Assembly: GCF_014280175.1 (NCBI RefSeq)
Contig: NZ_CP047931.1
Location: 630,001-662,000, forward strand
Length of the DNA: 32,000 bases
Direction of reading: 5' to 3'
DNA from: Synechococcus sp. A15-28
GTDB lineage: Bacteria; Cyanobacteriota; Cyanobacteriia; PCC-6307; Cyanobiaceae
Translations under genes and position numbers: made by a program
Shown here: positions 18,577 through 28,777 of the stretch, in pieces
Numbering within the stretch: the first letter of the stretch is position 1
Layout: each line of letters begins with the position of its first letter
Notes under the pieces: model-generated
The model's input: the letters and a program-made list of their open reading frames with translations, nothing else
What the model was told of the DNA's origin: nothing
Databases searched by the model: none

Positions 18577-20064
18577 TCAGCTGCGAATCCATTCGGTGAT
18601 GCCACCGGGTTTATCGATCAGCTCAATTCCCTTGGTCGTCAGCTCGTTGCGGATCCGGTCGGCTTCGGCGTAGTCCTTGGCCGCTTTGGCGGCCTGACGG
18701 GCAGCAATCGCTGCATCGATCGCCGCGTCATCCAGGTCGGATTGCGCCGCGGCTTCTCCACGCAACCCCAGCACGACTGCCAGTGCTCGCAGCAGCGTCC
18801 AACGGTGCGCAAGGCTTCTGATCTCCGTTTCGGGCAGTTCGGCGTCATCCCCTCGCTCGAGTCTGTTGGCCAGCGCTCGCAGGGGTTTGGCCAGCTCGAA
18901 CAACACTGCCAGTGCCCCTGAGCTGTTGAGGTCGTCCTCCATCGAAGCGATGAACTGCTGCTCAAGGGCCTGAAGCGTCTCATCGTCGGGACTGGTCTGC
19001 GGGCCGATGGCGCCCTCAGGCAAAGCCGATGAACTGGGCCAGCCGAGCTGGTCACCATGGCGCTCACCCAGGCTCAAAGCAGCATTGAGTCCTTTCCATC
19101 CGGTGGCTGCGGCTTCGAGGGCCTCCGCCGTGAAGTCGAGCGGTTTGCGGTAGTGGGCCTGCAGCACGAACAGTCGCAGGGTCATGGGAGACACACCGCT
19201 CTCCAACAGAGCACGAATGGTGGTGAAGTTGCCGAGCGACTTGCTCATCTTCTGGCCGCCGACGTTCACCATGCCGTTGTGCATCCAGACGCGGGCAAGC
19301 TCCTGGCCCGTGGCGGCCTCGGACTGGGCGATTTCGTTTTCGTGGTGCGGAAAGACCAGGTCGGCTCCACCCAGGTGGATGTCGATCGTGTCCCCCAATT
19401 CCGCTCGCACCATGGCTGAGCACTCGATGTGCCAGCCGGGGCGTCCTTCTCCCCAGGGGGAGGGGAAGCTGGGCTCTCCGGGTTTGGCCCCTTTCCAGAG
19501 GGCGAAATCAAAGGGGTGCTGCTTGCGCGCCTCTTCTGCATCGGCAACCCGGCCGGCGGCGTTGTCCTGCTGCTCACTGAGATCGCGGCCGCTGAGTTTG
19601 CCGTAGCCGGCGTGCTTCATCACCGCGAAATACACATCCCCGTCAGCGCTGTAGGCCGCACCCTTCGCTTCCAGTTCGCCGATCAGTGCGCGGATGCCAT
19701 CGAGGCACTGGGTGGCACGAGGCATGCGGTCGGGCCGCAGGATGCCAAGGGCGTCCATGTCCTGATGGAAGGCATCGATGTTGCGCTCGCTCACTTCCGT
19801 CATCGAGCTGTTTTGCTCCGCAGCCCGTTTGAGGATCTTGTCGTCGATATCGGTGAAGTTCTGAACAAAGGTCACCTCAAGCCCCCGCCAGATCAGAAAT
19901 CGACGCAGAACATCCCAGTTGATGTAGCTGCGGGCATGGCCCAGGTGGCACAGGTCGTAGACCGTCACGCCGCAGCAGTAGATGCTGGCCTTGCCAGGCG
20001 TCAGCGGAGTGAACGGCTCAGTGCGGCGGGTGAGGGTGTTGGTGAGCCGCAGGGACACAGCCAT
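18577..20064 (-). CDS. cysS: Cysteinyl-tRNA synthetase
   Basis: 495 aa. [72 protein letters not shown]. Confidence 0.97.
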   Translation of the reverse strand: MAVSLRLTNTLTRRTEPFTPLTPGKASIYCCGVTVYDLCHLGHARSYINWDVLRRFLIWRGLEVTFVQNFTDIDDKILKRAAEQNSSMTEVSERNIDAFHQDMDALGILRPDRMPRATQCLDGIRALIGELEAKGAAYSADGDVYFAVMKHAGYGKLSGRDLSEQQDNAAGRVADAEEARKQHPFDFALWKGAKPGEPSFPSPWGEGRPGWHIECSAMVRAELGDTIDIHLGGADLVFPHHENEIAQSEAATGQELARVWMHNGMVNVGGQKMSKSLGNFTTIRALLESGVSPMTLRLFVLQAHYRKPLDFTAEALEAAATGWKGLNAALSLGERHGDQLGWPSSSALPEGAIGPQTSPDDETLQALEQQFIASMEDDLNSSGALAVLFELAKPLRALANRLERGDDAELPETEIRSLAHRWTLLRALAVVLGLRGEAAAQSDLDDAAIDAAIAARQAAKAAKDYAEADRIRNELTTKGIELIDKPGGITEWIRS

Positions 20065-20104
20065 TCAGAAGCTGCGGCTGAGGCTACGGCGTCCTTCGCT
20101 GAGA

Positions 20105-23050
20105 CTATTTCGCTTCCATCCAGTCGGCGCCGACGCCGGTTTCCGCCACCAGCGGCACACTGAGCTGGACCGCATTTTCCATGGTCTGAACCACGAGATC
20201 CCGGGCGGCATCCAGGGCGCTGGGTTCCACTTCCAGCACCAGTTCGTCATGGACCTGCAGCAACAGTCGAGCTGGGAGCCCTTGACTCTTCAATGCAGCC
20301 TGCAGCTGAACCATGGCCACTTTGATGATGTCGGCACTGGATCCCTGAATCGGAGCATTCGCTGCGGCCCGCAGTTGCTGGGCTTCCATGCCGCCCCGGC
20401 GGGCCACATCCAGATCGATCTCCAGGGGATCCTTGCCCAGCAGCCGTCCCAGACCATTGCGGTCGAAGTGGAACGGACGGCGCCGTCCGAGGATCGTTTC
20501 CACGTAGCCGCGGCTGAGGGCCAGGCGTTCCTGCAATTCCAGGAAGGCAAAAACCTTTGGATAGCGCTGTTTGTATTTGGCCAGGAACTCTTTGGCGTCG
20601 CTCTGGCTCACGCCGGTTTCCCGAGCGAAGCGCTGGGCGCCCATGCCATAGATCACACCGAAGTTGATGGTCTTGCCCAGGCGTCGCTCGTCTGGGCTGA
20701 CGTCGTCTTTCTCCAGCAGCAGCCGCGCGGTGATTGCATGGACGTCATCGCCGCTGCGGTAGGCCTCCTGCAGCACCTCCTCCCCTGACAGGTGGGTGAG
20801 GATGCGCAGTTCGATCTGGGAGTAGTCGGCGCTGAGCAGCGTCCAGCCTTCCTGGGGCAGAAAGGCCTTGCGGATGCGCCGGCTGTACTCGGTGCGCACC
20901 GGGATGTTCTGCAGGTTCGGGTTGCTGCTGCTGAGCCGCCCTGTGGCCGTCACGGCCTGGTTGAAGTCCGTGTGCACCCGCCCTGTTTCCGCTTCCACCA
21001 GTTGCGGCAGGGCATCGATGTACGTGCTCTTGAGCTTGCTGAGCACCCGGTGCTCCAGCACCAGGGGAACCACGGCGTGATCATCCCCGAGCTTCTCCAG
21101 CACCGTGGCATCGGTGCTGTAACCGGTCTTGGTGCGGCGGGATTTCCTGCGATCCAGGCCAAGGGTGTCGAACAGCAATTCCCCCAGCTGTTTGGGAGAG
21201 GCCAGGTTGAAATCCACGCCGGCCGCTTCCTTGGCATCGGCTTCCAGACGCTCGAGGGTGGCGCCCATCTCCGTGGAGAGTTCCTGGAGATAGGGCACAT
21301 CAATGCGGATGCCGGTGGATTCCATCTCCGCCAGCACTGGTTCCAGGGGCTGTTCCACCTGCTCGAGCAGCGTCAGCAACTGCGGCCCCATGGCGAGGAG
21401 CTGGCTGTGCAGCAGCAGGGCCAGGCGTCGGGTGATGTGCACGTCCATGGCGCAGTACTGGGTGGCGGCCTCCAGGGGCACATCGGCAAAGGTCTGTTTC
21501 TTGCCCACCAGATCGCTGTAGGCGGTTGGTTGGAAGCCGAATTCCCGTTCCGCCATCAATTCCAGGCCATGTTTGGCGGCGGCATCGCGCAGGTAATCCG
21601 CCAGCAGCGTGTCCATCACCACGCCGCCGAGGGCCAGCCCATGGCGCAGCAGGATCAAGCGATCGAACTTGGCGTTCTGCAGCGTCTTGGGGTGGTCCTT
21701 GCTGGCGAGCCAAGGGGCGATGGCGGTCACGACGTCCTCCAGAGGCAGCTGAATCGGTTGGCTGTCAGCGCTTCCGTTGTGAGCGAGCGGGATGTAAGCC
21801 AGGGCGTCGAGCTCCTCACCCCAGCAGACGCCGATGCCCACCAATTCGGCTTTAAACGGGTTGAGATCGGTGGTCTCCGTGTCCAGAGCCACCGGCGACC
21901 CGGCATCGGTGCAGCGCATCAGTCGCTGCACCAGCCCCTTCAGAGCAGAGACGTCCTGGATCAGCTGGGGGCGCAGGGCGGGAACGCTGCCAAGCGTCTC
22001 CTCCAATCCCGGATCCTCGTTGGTGGCTTTCGGCCTCGACGACGGCTGTGCCGGCGCAGCAGCTTCTGCATTGGCGCCATAGCCCCCTTCCGAGAACGCC
22101 GCGACGAATCCACCCACCTGGCGCAGCAGGCTGTTCAACTCCAGGTCCTCCAGACAGGAGCTCAGTCCTTCGGCATTCACCGTCGATAACGGCAGGCTGG
22201 GCTCCTGCGGCAGCGGAATGTCCACCAGGATCTCCGCCAGCTTGCGGGAGAGGTAGGCGTTGTCCTTGTCATTGCGGAGCTTGCCCTTCAGGGCACCTTT
22301 GATGGCGCCCCGGCTGGCTTTGGGACCTTCCGCCTCCACCGCGTCGAGCGTTTCATACACCGCATCGAGATCGGTGTTCTCCTTCAGCAGGTTGATCGCT
22401 GTCTTGGGACCCACGCCGCGAACGCCGGGGATGTTGTCGGAGCTGTCACCGGTGAGGGCCTTGAGGTCCACCACCTTGTTGGGCATCACGCCGAGCTTGC
22501 CAAGCACGCCCTCTTCGCGAATCAAGGTCGGGCCGCTGTTCTTGGCGTAGGGGCCACCCCCCATGTACAGCACCGCGATATCGCGGTTGTCATCCACGAG
22601 TTGGAACAGATCGCGGTCGCCCGACAGGATGCGAACTCCCCATCCGTCATTGGCTGCGCGGTTGGCCAGGGTTCCGAGCACATCATCGGCTTCAAAGCCC
22701 GGCGCCATGCAGAGCGGCAGGTCCAATTGTTGGCGAAGGATCTCCTGAAGTTGATCCAGATCCTGGAAGAACACCTCCGGCGCTACGTCACGGTGAGCCT
22801 TGTAATTGGCATCCGCCTTGTGGCGGAAGGTGGGTTCCGCTGTGTCGAAGGCGATGGCCACGCCCTGAGGTTTCAGGGATTTGCCTGTGTCCAGAAGGGA
22901 CTTGAGGAAGCCGTAGGTGACGCTGGTGGGGCGGCCGTCCTTGGTGGCCAACCCCCCTTCGCCGCCTTTGCTGAAGGCGTAGAAACTGCGGAAGGCCAGG
23001 GAATGGCCGTCCACAAGCAGCAGCAGGGGCTTGGTGGAGGCCTCAGGCAT
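20105..23050 (-). CDS. polA: DNA polymerase I
   Basis: 981 aa. 5'-nuclease domain (LLLVDGHSLAFRSFYAF, VGPKTAINLL), 3'-5' exonuclease-like domain (VALDTETTDLNPF) and polymerase motifs (ADYSQIELRILTHLSGE, RRLGKTINFGVIYGMGAQRFA, QVHDELVLEV). Confidence 0.97.
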   Translation of the reverse strand: MPEASTKPLLLLVDGHSLAFRSFYAFSKGGEGGLATKDGRPTSVTYGFLKSLLDTGKSLKPQGVAIAFDTAEPTFRHKADANYKAHRDVAPEVFFQDLDQLQEILRQQLDLPLCMAPGFEADDVLGTLANRAANDGWGVRILSGDRDLFQLVDDNRDIAVLYMGGGPYAKNSGPTLIREEGVLGKLGVMPNKVVDLKALTGDSSDNIPGVRGVGPKTAINLLKENTDLDAVYETLDAVEAEGPKASRGAIKGALKGKLRNDKDNAYLSRKLAEILVDIPLPQEPSLPLSTVNAEGLSSCLEDLELNSLLRQVGGFVAAFSEGGYGANAEAAAPAQPSSRPKATNEDPGLEETLGSVPALRPQLIQDVSALKGLVQRLMRCTDAGSPVALDTETTDLNPFKAELVGIGVCWGEELDALAYIPLAHNGSADSQPIQLPLEDVVTAIAPWLASKDHPKTLQNAKFDRLILLRHGLALGGVVMDTLLADYLRDAAAKHGLELMAEREFGFQPTAYSDLVGKKQTFADVPLEAATQYCAMDVHITRRLALLLHSQLLAMGPQLLTLLEQVEQPLEPVLAEMESTGIRIDVPYLQELSTEMGATLERLEADAKEAAGVDFNLASPKQLGELLFDTLGLDRRKSRRTKTGYSTDATVLEKLGDDHAVVPLVLEHRVLSKLKSTYIDALPQLVEAETGRVHTDFNQAVTATGRLSSSNPNLQNIPVRTEYSRRIRKAFLPQEGWTLLSADYSQIELRILTHLSGEEVLQEAYRSGDDVHAITARLLLEKDDVSPDERRLGKTINFGVIYGMGAQRFARETGVSQSDAKEFLAKYKQRYPKVFAFLELQERLALSRGYVETILGRRRPFHFDRNGLGRLLGKDPLEIDLDVARRGGMEAQQLRAAANAPIQGSSADIIKVAMVQLQAALKSQGLPARLLLQVHDELVLEVEPSALDAARDLVVQTMENAVQLSVPLVAETGVGADWMEAK

Positions 23051-23073
23051 GACGGGAACAGAAGTTGAAGGGA

Positions 23074-24240
23074 TCAGTCGCGGCGATCAGCCCAGGGGGG
23101 CAGATCAATGAACACGCTTGTTCCCGCTTCGAGGCCTTTCAGGATCGCAGTCTGATCACCGCTGCTGTTGCCCAGTTCCACCTCCTGAAATTCTGGTTTC
23201 TGTTGTTCACCCACAAGCAAAACGCCTGGTTTTCCGTCTTCGGTGACGATCGCCACGGTGGGTACCAACGTTTTTGGTGTGCTTCGACCGGTCTGGACGT
23301 TGATGTCGGCGGTCATGCCGATCAGCAGCTTGTCCGGTGGATTGACCAGTGCAAGTTTCACTTCGAAGGAGGTGACGTTGTCCTGTTTTTCAGCTCGCGG
23401 TGCCACTTCGCTGACCTGAGCTTTGAAACGTTCGTCTGGAAAGGCGTCCACGCGGATTTCTGCGGATTGTCCAGCAGCGATCCGTCCGATGTCGCTTTCG
23501 GGAACCCGGGCCGCCACTTCAAGGCCCTTGGAGAGCTCCACGATGGAGGAACTGGTGGCACCTGCGGTGGCGGAGGCTGTGGTTGTAGGGGTGACGAAAG
23601 CCCCGGGTTCTGCGTAGCGGGCTGTGATGGTGCCAGCAAATGGGGCACGGATCTGGAGCTCGTCCTGCTCTTCCTCCAGCTGTTCCAATCGCTCACGGGC
23701 TGCGATCACCGCTGCCTCGGCGGCGAGCATCTGGAAGCGGACGTCGCTGAAGTCGTCAGCGCTGATCACTCCCGACCTGAACAGGTCTTGACGGCGATCG
23801 AAATCCTCCTTGCTGCTGCGGTAGTTCGCCTCGGCCTGGCGCAGCAGCGCCTGGCGTTCCTGCAGGCGGTCATCGATGGCGCCAGGGTCCATCACCGCCA
23901 GCAGCTGCCCTTTGCCGATCTCATCCCCTTCATCCACCAGCAGCTGTTCCAGCCGCCCCTGCTGGCGAGGGCTCACATTGACTTTCCGCACGGCCAACAG
24001 CTCTCCACTGGCGGTGATCACGCCGGACAGCGCCCCCCGTTCAGCCGTGGCGACGTAGGGAGTCAAGTCACGCTGTCGGCTGCTCCAGGGCCCGAGGCGC
24101 ATCAACGCGAGACCACCACCGGCAACCGCCAGCACCAGTGCCGCAGTCAGCCATTTGGGTCGGGACCGTTTCTCTGGGGAGGGGACAGAGGGACGGTTGG
24201 TCTCCTCTGTGGACTCAGGGTGTCGCAGGGTCTGCAGCAT
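23074..24240 (-). CDS. HlyD/RND-type efflux periplasmic adaptor (membrane fusion protein)
   Basis: N-terminal TM, RGALSGVITASGELLAVRKVNVSPRQQGRLEQLLVDEGDEIGKGQLLAVMD, coiled-coil region, IRAPFAGTITARYAEPGAFVTP. Probable start 24240 (MLQTLRHPE...). Confidence 0.88.
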   Translation of the reverse strand: MLQTLRHPESTEETNRPSVPSPEKRSRPKWLTAALVLAVAGGGLALMRLGPWSSRQRDLTPYVATAERGALSGVITASGELLAVRKVNVSPRQQGRLEQLLVDEGDEIGKGQLLAVMDPGAIDDRLQERQALLRQAEANYRSSKEDFDRRQDLFRSGVISADDFSDVRFQMLAAEAAVIAARERLEQLEEEQDELQIRAPFAGTITARYAEPGAFVTPTTTASATAGATSSSIVELSKGLEVAARVPESDIGRIAAGQSAEIRVDAFPDERFKAQVSEVAPRAEKQDNVTSFEVKLALVNPPDKLLIGMTADINVQTGRSTPKTLVPTVAIVTEDGKPGVLLVGEQQKPEFQEVELGNSSGDQTAILKGLEAGTSVFIDLPPWADRRD

Positions 24241-24292
24241 GGGCCCACAAAACTTCACAACAGTCTCGCCGCTGGCCGGTAGATTCCGCCCC

Positions 24293-25384
24293 ATGCTCAA
24301 AGCCGGAATTGTCGGCTTGCCCAATGTGGGCAAGTCCACCCTGTTCAACGCTCTGGTGGCCAACGCTCAGGCGCAGGCCGCCAATTTTCCGTTCTGCACC
24401 ATCGAGCCGAACGTCGGCACGGTGGCAGTACCGGATGAGCGTCTTGATCAGCTCACCAAGCTCAGCAGCAGTCTCGACACCATTCCCACGCGAATGGAAT
24501 TCGTTGACATTGCAGGGCTGGTGAAGGGTGCCAGTCAGGGAGAAGGTCTGGGCAACAAATTCCTGGCCAACATCCGTGAGGTGGATGCGATCGTTCATGT
24601 GATCCGCTGCTTTGAGGATGACGACGTCATCCACGTGTCCGGTTCCGTCGGGCCAGCCAGGGATGCAGAAGTGATCAATCTGGAACTCGGTCTGGCGGAT
24701 CTGGCGCAGATCGAGAAGCGTCGCGAGCGTCTGAAGAAACAAATGCGCACCAGCAAGGAAGCGCAACAGGAAGACGCAGCTCTGGAGCGGATCCAGGCTG
24801 TGTTGGAGGACGGTGGTGCAGCTCGAAGCGTTGCGTTGAGTGAGGAGGAGGCAGTGATGATTAAACCCCTCGGTTTGTTGACTGCGAAGTCGATCATCTA
24901 TGCCACCAATGTGAGCGAAGAGGATCTCGCTGAAGGCAACGCCTACTGCACCGAAATGATCAACCTGGCGGCCAACGAAGGAGCGGAAACCGTGCGGATT
25001 TCAGCCCAGGTGGAAGCGGAGCTGATTGAGCTCGGAGACGATGAGCGTGCTGATTACCTCGAGGGGCTTGGGGTCAGCGAAGGAGGCTTGCAGAGCCTGA
25101 TCCAGGCAACCTACAGATTGCTGGGACTTCGCACTTACTTCACCACGGGTGAAAAGGAAACCCGGGCCTGGACCTTCAAAGCCGGTATGACAGCTCCACA
25201 GGCCGCTGGTGTGATTCACACGGACTTTGAGCGCGGCTTCATCCGGGCTCAGACCATTGGATGGGAGAAGTTAATTGAGGCCGGATCGCTCGCTGAAGCG
25301 CGCAACAAAGGATGGTTGAGAAGTGAAGGTAAAGAGTATGTGGTGGATGAAGGCGATGTGATGGAATTCTTGTTTAACGTTTAA
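24293..25384 (+). CDS. ychF: Redox-regulated ATPase/GTP-binding protein YchF
   Basis: ATG at 24293: MLKAGIVGLPNVGKSTLFNALVANAQAQAANFPFCTIEPNVGTVAVPDERL..., VDIAGLVKGASQGEGLGNKFLANIREVDAIVHVIRCFEDDDVIHV. Confidence 0.97.
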   Translation: MLKAGIVGLPNVGKSTLFNALVANAQAQAANFPFCTIEPNVGTVAVPDERLDQLTKLSSSLDTIPTRMEFVDIAGLVKGASQGEGLGNKFLANIREVDAIVHVIRCFEDDDVIHVSGSVGPARDAEVINLELGLADLAQIEKRRERLKKQMRTSKEAQQEDAALERIQAVLEDGGAARSVALSEEEAVMIKPLGLLTAKSIIYATNVSEEDLAEGNAYCTEMINLAANEGAETVRISAQVEAELIELGDDERADYLEGLGVSEGGLQSLIQATYRLLGLRTYFTTGEKETRAWTFKAGMTAPQAAGVIHTDFERGFIRAQTIGWEKLIEAGSLAEARNKGWLRSEGKEYVVDEGDVMEFLFNV

Positions 25385-25385
25385 T

Positions 25386-25598
25386 TCAATCGAATTCAGC
25401 GTTTGAGCTGACTTGTTCCAAGGATTCACTGGGTTGAGATCGTGATCGGGAACGCTTCAAACGATGGATCCACTGGTGGCGGCTGAGTGCGGCAAGCACA
25501 AGCAACGCGATGAAGATGCACAGGAAAACCTTCCAGTTTTCATCCGGTGTAGAGGCACTGGATGACCAGTGCAGCATCAGTCGTTTGCCGCGAAGCAA
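25386..25598 (-). CDS. Small hypothetical membrane protein
   Basis: 70-aa ORF with one hydrophobic segment (KVFLCIFIALLVLAALSR). Convergent with ychF. Confidence 0.45.
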   Translation of the reverse strand: MLRGKRLMLHWSSSASTPDENWKVFLCIFIALLVLAALSRHQWIHRLKRSRSRSQPSESLEQVSSNAEFD

Positions 25599-25635
25599 TG
25601 GATTGACCAGGCTGCACCTAATTTAGAGCGCTTGT

Positions 25636-25953
25636 TTGGATCTGATGTTTCGTCGCATCACGATGTTCAGCCTGTTGCCGTTGCTGGCGTTGGGCAGTTT
25701 TCTGGCCTCCTCGCGGGCTGAGGGGCTGCTGTTCACGCTGCGCAAAGGATCCTTCCTCTCATCTGAGCCCAGTTACGACAGCAAGACCCGTTTGAGTCTT
25801 GCGATAGGCGATGTCCTTGTTGCGAGCCCCCCTCTCGAGGAGAAGGGTGAGTTCTGCCACTACCGATTGGTGGATGGTGAGGGGCGACCGTTGGTGCCAG
25901 AAACAGCCTGGAGTCCCTGCTTCAGTGTTGACAGGTTGTTTGTTGGACCCTGA
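25636..25953 (+). CDS. Hypothetical secreted protein with signal peptide-like N-terminus
   Basis: MFRRITMFSLLPLLALGSFLASSRAEGLLFTLRKGSFLSSEPSYDSKTRLSLAIGDVLVASPPLEEKGEFCHYRLVDGEGRPLVPETAWSPCFSVDRLFVGP*. Confidence 0.6.
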   Translation: MDLMFRRITMFSLLPLLALGSFLASSRAEGLLFTLRKGSFLSSEPSYDSKTRLSLAIGDVLVASPPLEEKGEFCHYRLVDGEGRPLVPETAWSPCFSVDRLFVGP

Positions 25954-27248
25954 ACGCTCTCTTTGAAGCGTGGTCTCAAACCCTTTACCAATGGAAGAAC
26001 AGCAAGGCTGATCCCCGCAACGGCAACCCAGAGCGTCAGTCCATGGCCCTGCTGATCCAGGAGTTTGCCGCCAAGAACTGGAGCTGCGATGGCACTGATC
26101 GCGAAGCATTGCGAAAACATCGCCATCGCGAGACCCCGATGTTCTGGCGGGGTTTCCTCCACAACGGCTTCTGTGGCTGTCGGCAGAAATGCCGCCTGGG
26201 CGAATGCCATCGGCAGCAAGCCCACCATGACAAGGCCAGTCCCCGAGGAGGTCAAGGCCGACAAGCCGATCAGCAGGCAACCGGCCGCGAAGGACACGAG
26301 GCTGAGACTGAGACCGAAGGACACACTGCGTTCCGACAGCCAGCGCCCCACCGGCCACTGCAGCAACACCAGAAGTGTGAGCTGGAAAGCGATCAGGGCG
26401 CTGCTGTGACTTTCGCTGAGACCCTGACGTTCCAGGCCCCCTCGGACGAGGTCCAGCGGCAGGGCGCTCTGCTGCAGTGAAAGGACCCCTGTTGCCACCA
26501 CACTCACCACCAGAACCGGCACCAAGGGCGGCAGCCAGGACAGATCGATTTTTTTTGTTGGCTTGTCTGGATGAACGTTCTCCGGTAACGGTCGTTTGTC
26601 CAGCAACGGGTCAACGCTGATCAGGATTAGGACACTGGCCATGCAGATGGCTTCCACGCCGTACACAAGACGCAAATGGCCAAGTGTGGCGGCGATCGTT
26701 CCCAGCAAAGCCCCAAGGCCGATCCCGAGGGCATCTGAACTGCGGACCAACGCATACCCGCGGCCGGATGGGAGGATGCCGCAGTTGAGGGGAACAGCCA
26801 ATTCGATGGCTGGCCAGTACAGACCAGCAGCACTGCCCAACAACAGCTGACCCAGCAGGTAGGCGCTGTACGTGTTGGCCTGAAACAGCATCAGGTCGGC
26901 GCTGATGGCCAGGAGTGTCGTGACTCGGATCGGCCAGGAACAGCGCAGGCCGCGATCAAGCAGAGCACCACTCAGCAACCGCACTGCTGTTCCCACCAAC
27001 GCGGAGACTGCAAGCCCACTTCCCACCTGACTGGCGGAGAAGGCAATGGCGTTGAACACCAGAGGCGTCATGAAGATGACGCCGCCGGCGCCGATCGAGG
27101 CCAGCAGCCGTAAACGGGTGACATTTCGCAGGCCTGGTGGAAACTGGTTCCACCACCGCAGAGGATCAGGCGTTGCTGCGCGGACGCTTATCAGGACGAT
27201 GCCTCGTGATGGGCTTGTTGAGCAGTCTGCTGGCCCTGCAGCAGGCAC
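25860..27248 (-). CDS. Major facilitator superfamily transporter
   Basis: 462 aa with many TM segments. GTAVRLLSGALLDRGL and GRGYALVRSSDALGIGLGALLG resemble MFS loop motifs. The 3' end overlaps the convergent ORF. Confidence 0.85.
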   Translation of the reverse strand: MPAAGPADCSTSPSRGIVLISVRAATPDPLRWWNQFPPGLRNVTRLRLLASIGAGGVIFMTPLVFNAIAFSASQVGSGLAVSALVGTAVRLLSGALLDRGLRCSWPIRVTTLLAISADLMLFQANTYSAYLLGQLLLGSAAGLYWPAIELAVPLNCGILPSGRGYALVRSSDALGIGLGALLGTIAATLGHLRLVYGVEAICMASVLILISVDPLLDKRPLPENVHPDKPTKKIDLSWLPPLVPVLVVSVVATGVLSLQQSALPLDLVRGGLERQGLSESHSSALIAFQLTLLVLLQWPVGRWLSERSVSFGLSLSLVSFAAGCLLIGLSALTSSGTGLVMVGLLPMAFAQAAFLPTATEAVVEETPPEHRGLAMAMFSQCFAISAIAAPVLGGKLLDQQGHGLTLWVAVAGISLAVLPLVKGLRPRFKESVQGPTNNLSTLKQGLQAVSGTNGRPSPSTNR

Positions 27249-28777
27249 CGTGGCCCGCGCGATCAGCTGAACGTCTGGAAGTCAGCATTGACGGCATTGT
27301 TCTGCCGCTGGATGTCGACGAGCTGGCCGGTTGGGTGAGTTCTGCGGAGGAGTCCCGCTCAGAGCTCGCGACCTGGATGCAGCTGCTGAATGACGAAAGC
27401 CGTGAAGGGTTAAGCCGTCTGCTGACGGCTCCAGTGTTGACCAGGCGCAGTTTCGGGCAGCAATTGCTGCGCAGTTGGGCAGCACGTCCGCTGTTGGAGG
27501 CCCTGGGAGAGCTGATCCGGCTTGAAGGAGGCGAACCCGTCGACAGTCTGCAGGTGCTGGAGACCCTTGAGCAGTTGTTGATCGAACGGGCAGAGGTCAC
27601 CACTCTCGACCTGTTGCAGGCTCTTCCTGGGCAGCAGCTGCGGCTCGACCTCGATGCCCTGGTCCTGGCGTCGTCCCGTTGGCGTCAGCAGTTGAAACGT
27701 CACCAGGGGTTGCTCCAGGACCTCGGGCGAGAGGCATTGGTCTCGACCGAAACAGAGCCCAGAAACGGTGTCTCCCGTTCCCCGATGCCTGTTCAACAGA
27801 CAAGGCATCTGATTCGCCTGCCCCATCGTGCTGAGCCCCTCCAGGTGGAGGTCTGGGTCCCTTTTGATCAGCGCCGGGATGGACTTTGGCTGGCCCTCAT
27901 GCCAGGGCTCGGGGGAAATCCGGAGCACATTTACTGGTTGGCTCGACGGGTGGCGGGTGCTGGCTGGCCCGTTGCCCTGCTGGAGCACCCAGGCAGCGAT
28001 GCTGTTGCCGTTCAGGCTCTGCTGGAGGGTCGACAACCGTTTGATGGAACAAAAGCTCTGAAGCAACGGCTGCAGGACCTTGCCGGAGTGCTGCAGGCTC
28101 AGAAGCTTCAGCAGCTGCCACTCAAGGGAAACCGCGTTGTGCTTGCAGGCCACTCCCTTGGTGCTCTGACTGCGCTGCTCTCGGCTGGAGCGGAGCCTCG
28201 CCAGGGCATGGGCGCCCGCTGCCGTCAGGCCCTGAAGGACCTTCCCCTGACCAACCTCTCCCGATTGCTTCAATGCGAGCTGGCGGAGGGCGATGCCCTG
28301 CGCTGGGTGGGAGACAAACCGCAACCCGCTGCAGTGGTGGGGCTCAACAGTCTTGGAAGCCTCGTCTGGGCGCCTGGCCCGCCCAGCCAGTGGCCGGTTC
28401 CTCTGCTGCTGCTGGGGGGGACGCTGGATCTGATCACGCCTCCCCTGGATGAGCAGGTGGGGGTCTTTTCAGCTCTGGCCAGCCATCCCACCAGCCGCGT
28501 TGTGGTTGTGGAGGGCGCCAGTCATTTCTCTCCGATTCGTGTCGGTGAGCCAATGGCAGCGGAGCGGAATGACGATCTGTTCCAGCTGGGCGAAGAGCTC
28601 GTCGGGATGGATCCGATCAGCGTTCAGGCCGTCATCGGTTTCGAGGTCATCAACTTCCTTGAGTCGGTTGCTTTAGGGGCTTCAGCCACGGAGACGCAAC
28701 ACTTCAGACGTGGCGACGTGCGTTGGCATCGGTTGAATCGCCAGGCAGCGGCGGATCTGTCCGCCAGGCATCAGTAG
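27209..28777 (+). CDS. Secreted alpha/beta hydrolase with N-terminal DUF1400-like domain (probable start 27209 within ORF 27137..28777)
   Basis: MGLLSSLLALQQAPWPARSAERLEVSIDGIVLPLDVDELAGW...LTRRSFGQQLLRSWAARPLLEALGELI, then [15 protein letters not shown] and VEGASHFSPI. Confidence 0.82.
   Translation: MGLLSSLLALQQAPWPARSAERLEVSIDGIVLPLDVDELAGWVSSAEESRSELATWMQLLNDESREGLSRLLTAPVLTRRSFGQQLLRSWAARPLLEALGELIRLEGGEPVDSLQVLETLEQLLIERAEVTTLDLLQALPGQQLRLDLDALVLASSRWRQQLKRHQGLLQDLGREALVSTETEPRNGVSRSPMPVQQTRHLIRLPHRAEPLQVEVWVPFDQRRDGLWLALMPGLGGNPEHIYWLARRVAGAGWPVALLEHPGSDAVAVQALLEGRQPFDGTKALKQRLQDLAGVLQAQKLQQLPLKGNRVVLAGHSLGALTALLSAGAEPRQGMGARCRQALKDLPLTNLSRLLQCELAEGDALRWVGDKPQPAAVVGLNSLGSLVWAPGPPSQWPVPLLLLGGTLDLITPPLDEQVGVFSALASHPTSRVVVVEGASHFSPIRVGEPMAAERNDDLFQLGEELVGMDPISVQAVIGFEVINFLESVALGASATETQHFRRGDVRWHRLNRQAAADLSARHQ

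Noticed and set aside
19429-20788. Plus-strand ORFs 19429..20163 and 19982..20788
   Set aside because: Antisense to cysS and polA and not protein-like.
20792-22189. 465-aa plus-strand ORF
   Set aside because: Fully antisense to polA. The His/Gln/Gly-rich translation reflects polA codon bias on the opposite strand.
23065-24282. 405-aa plus-strand ORF
   Set aside because: Antisense to the HlyD-type adaptor, whose motifs are convincing. No recognisable domain.
27410-28324. 304-aa minus-strand ORF
   Set aside because: Antisense to the alpha/beta hydrolase with clear catalytic motifs.
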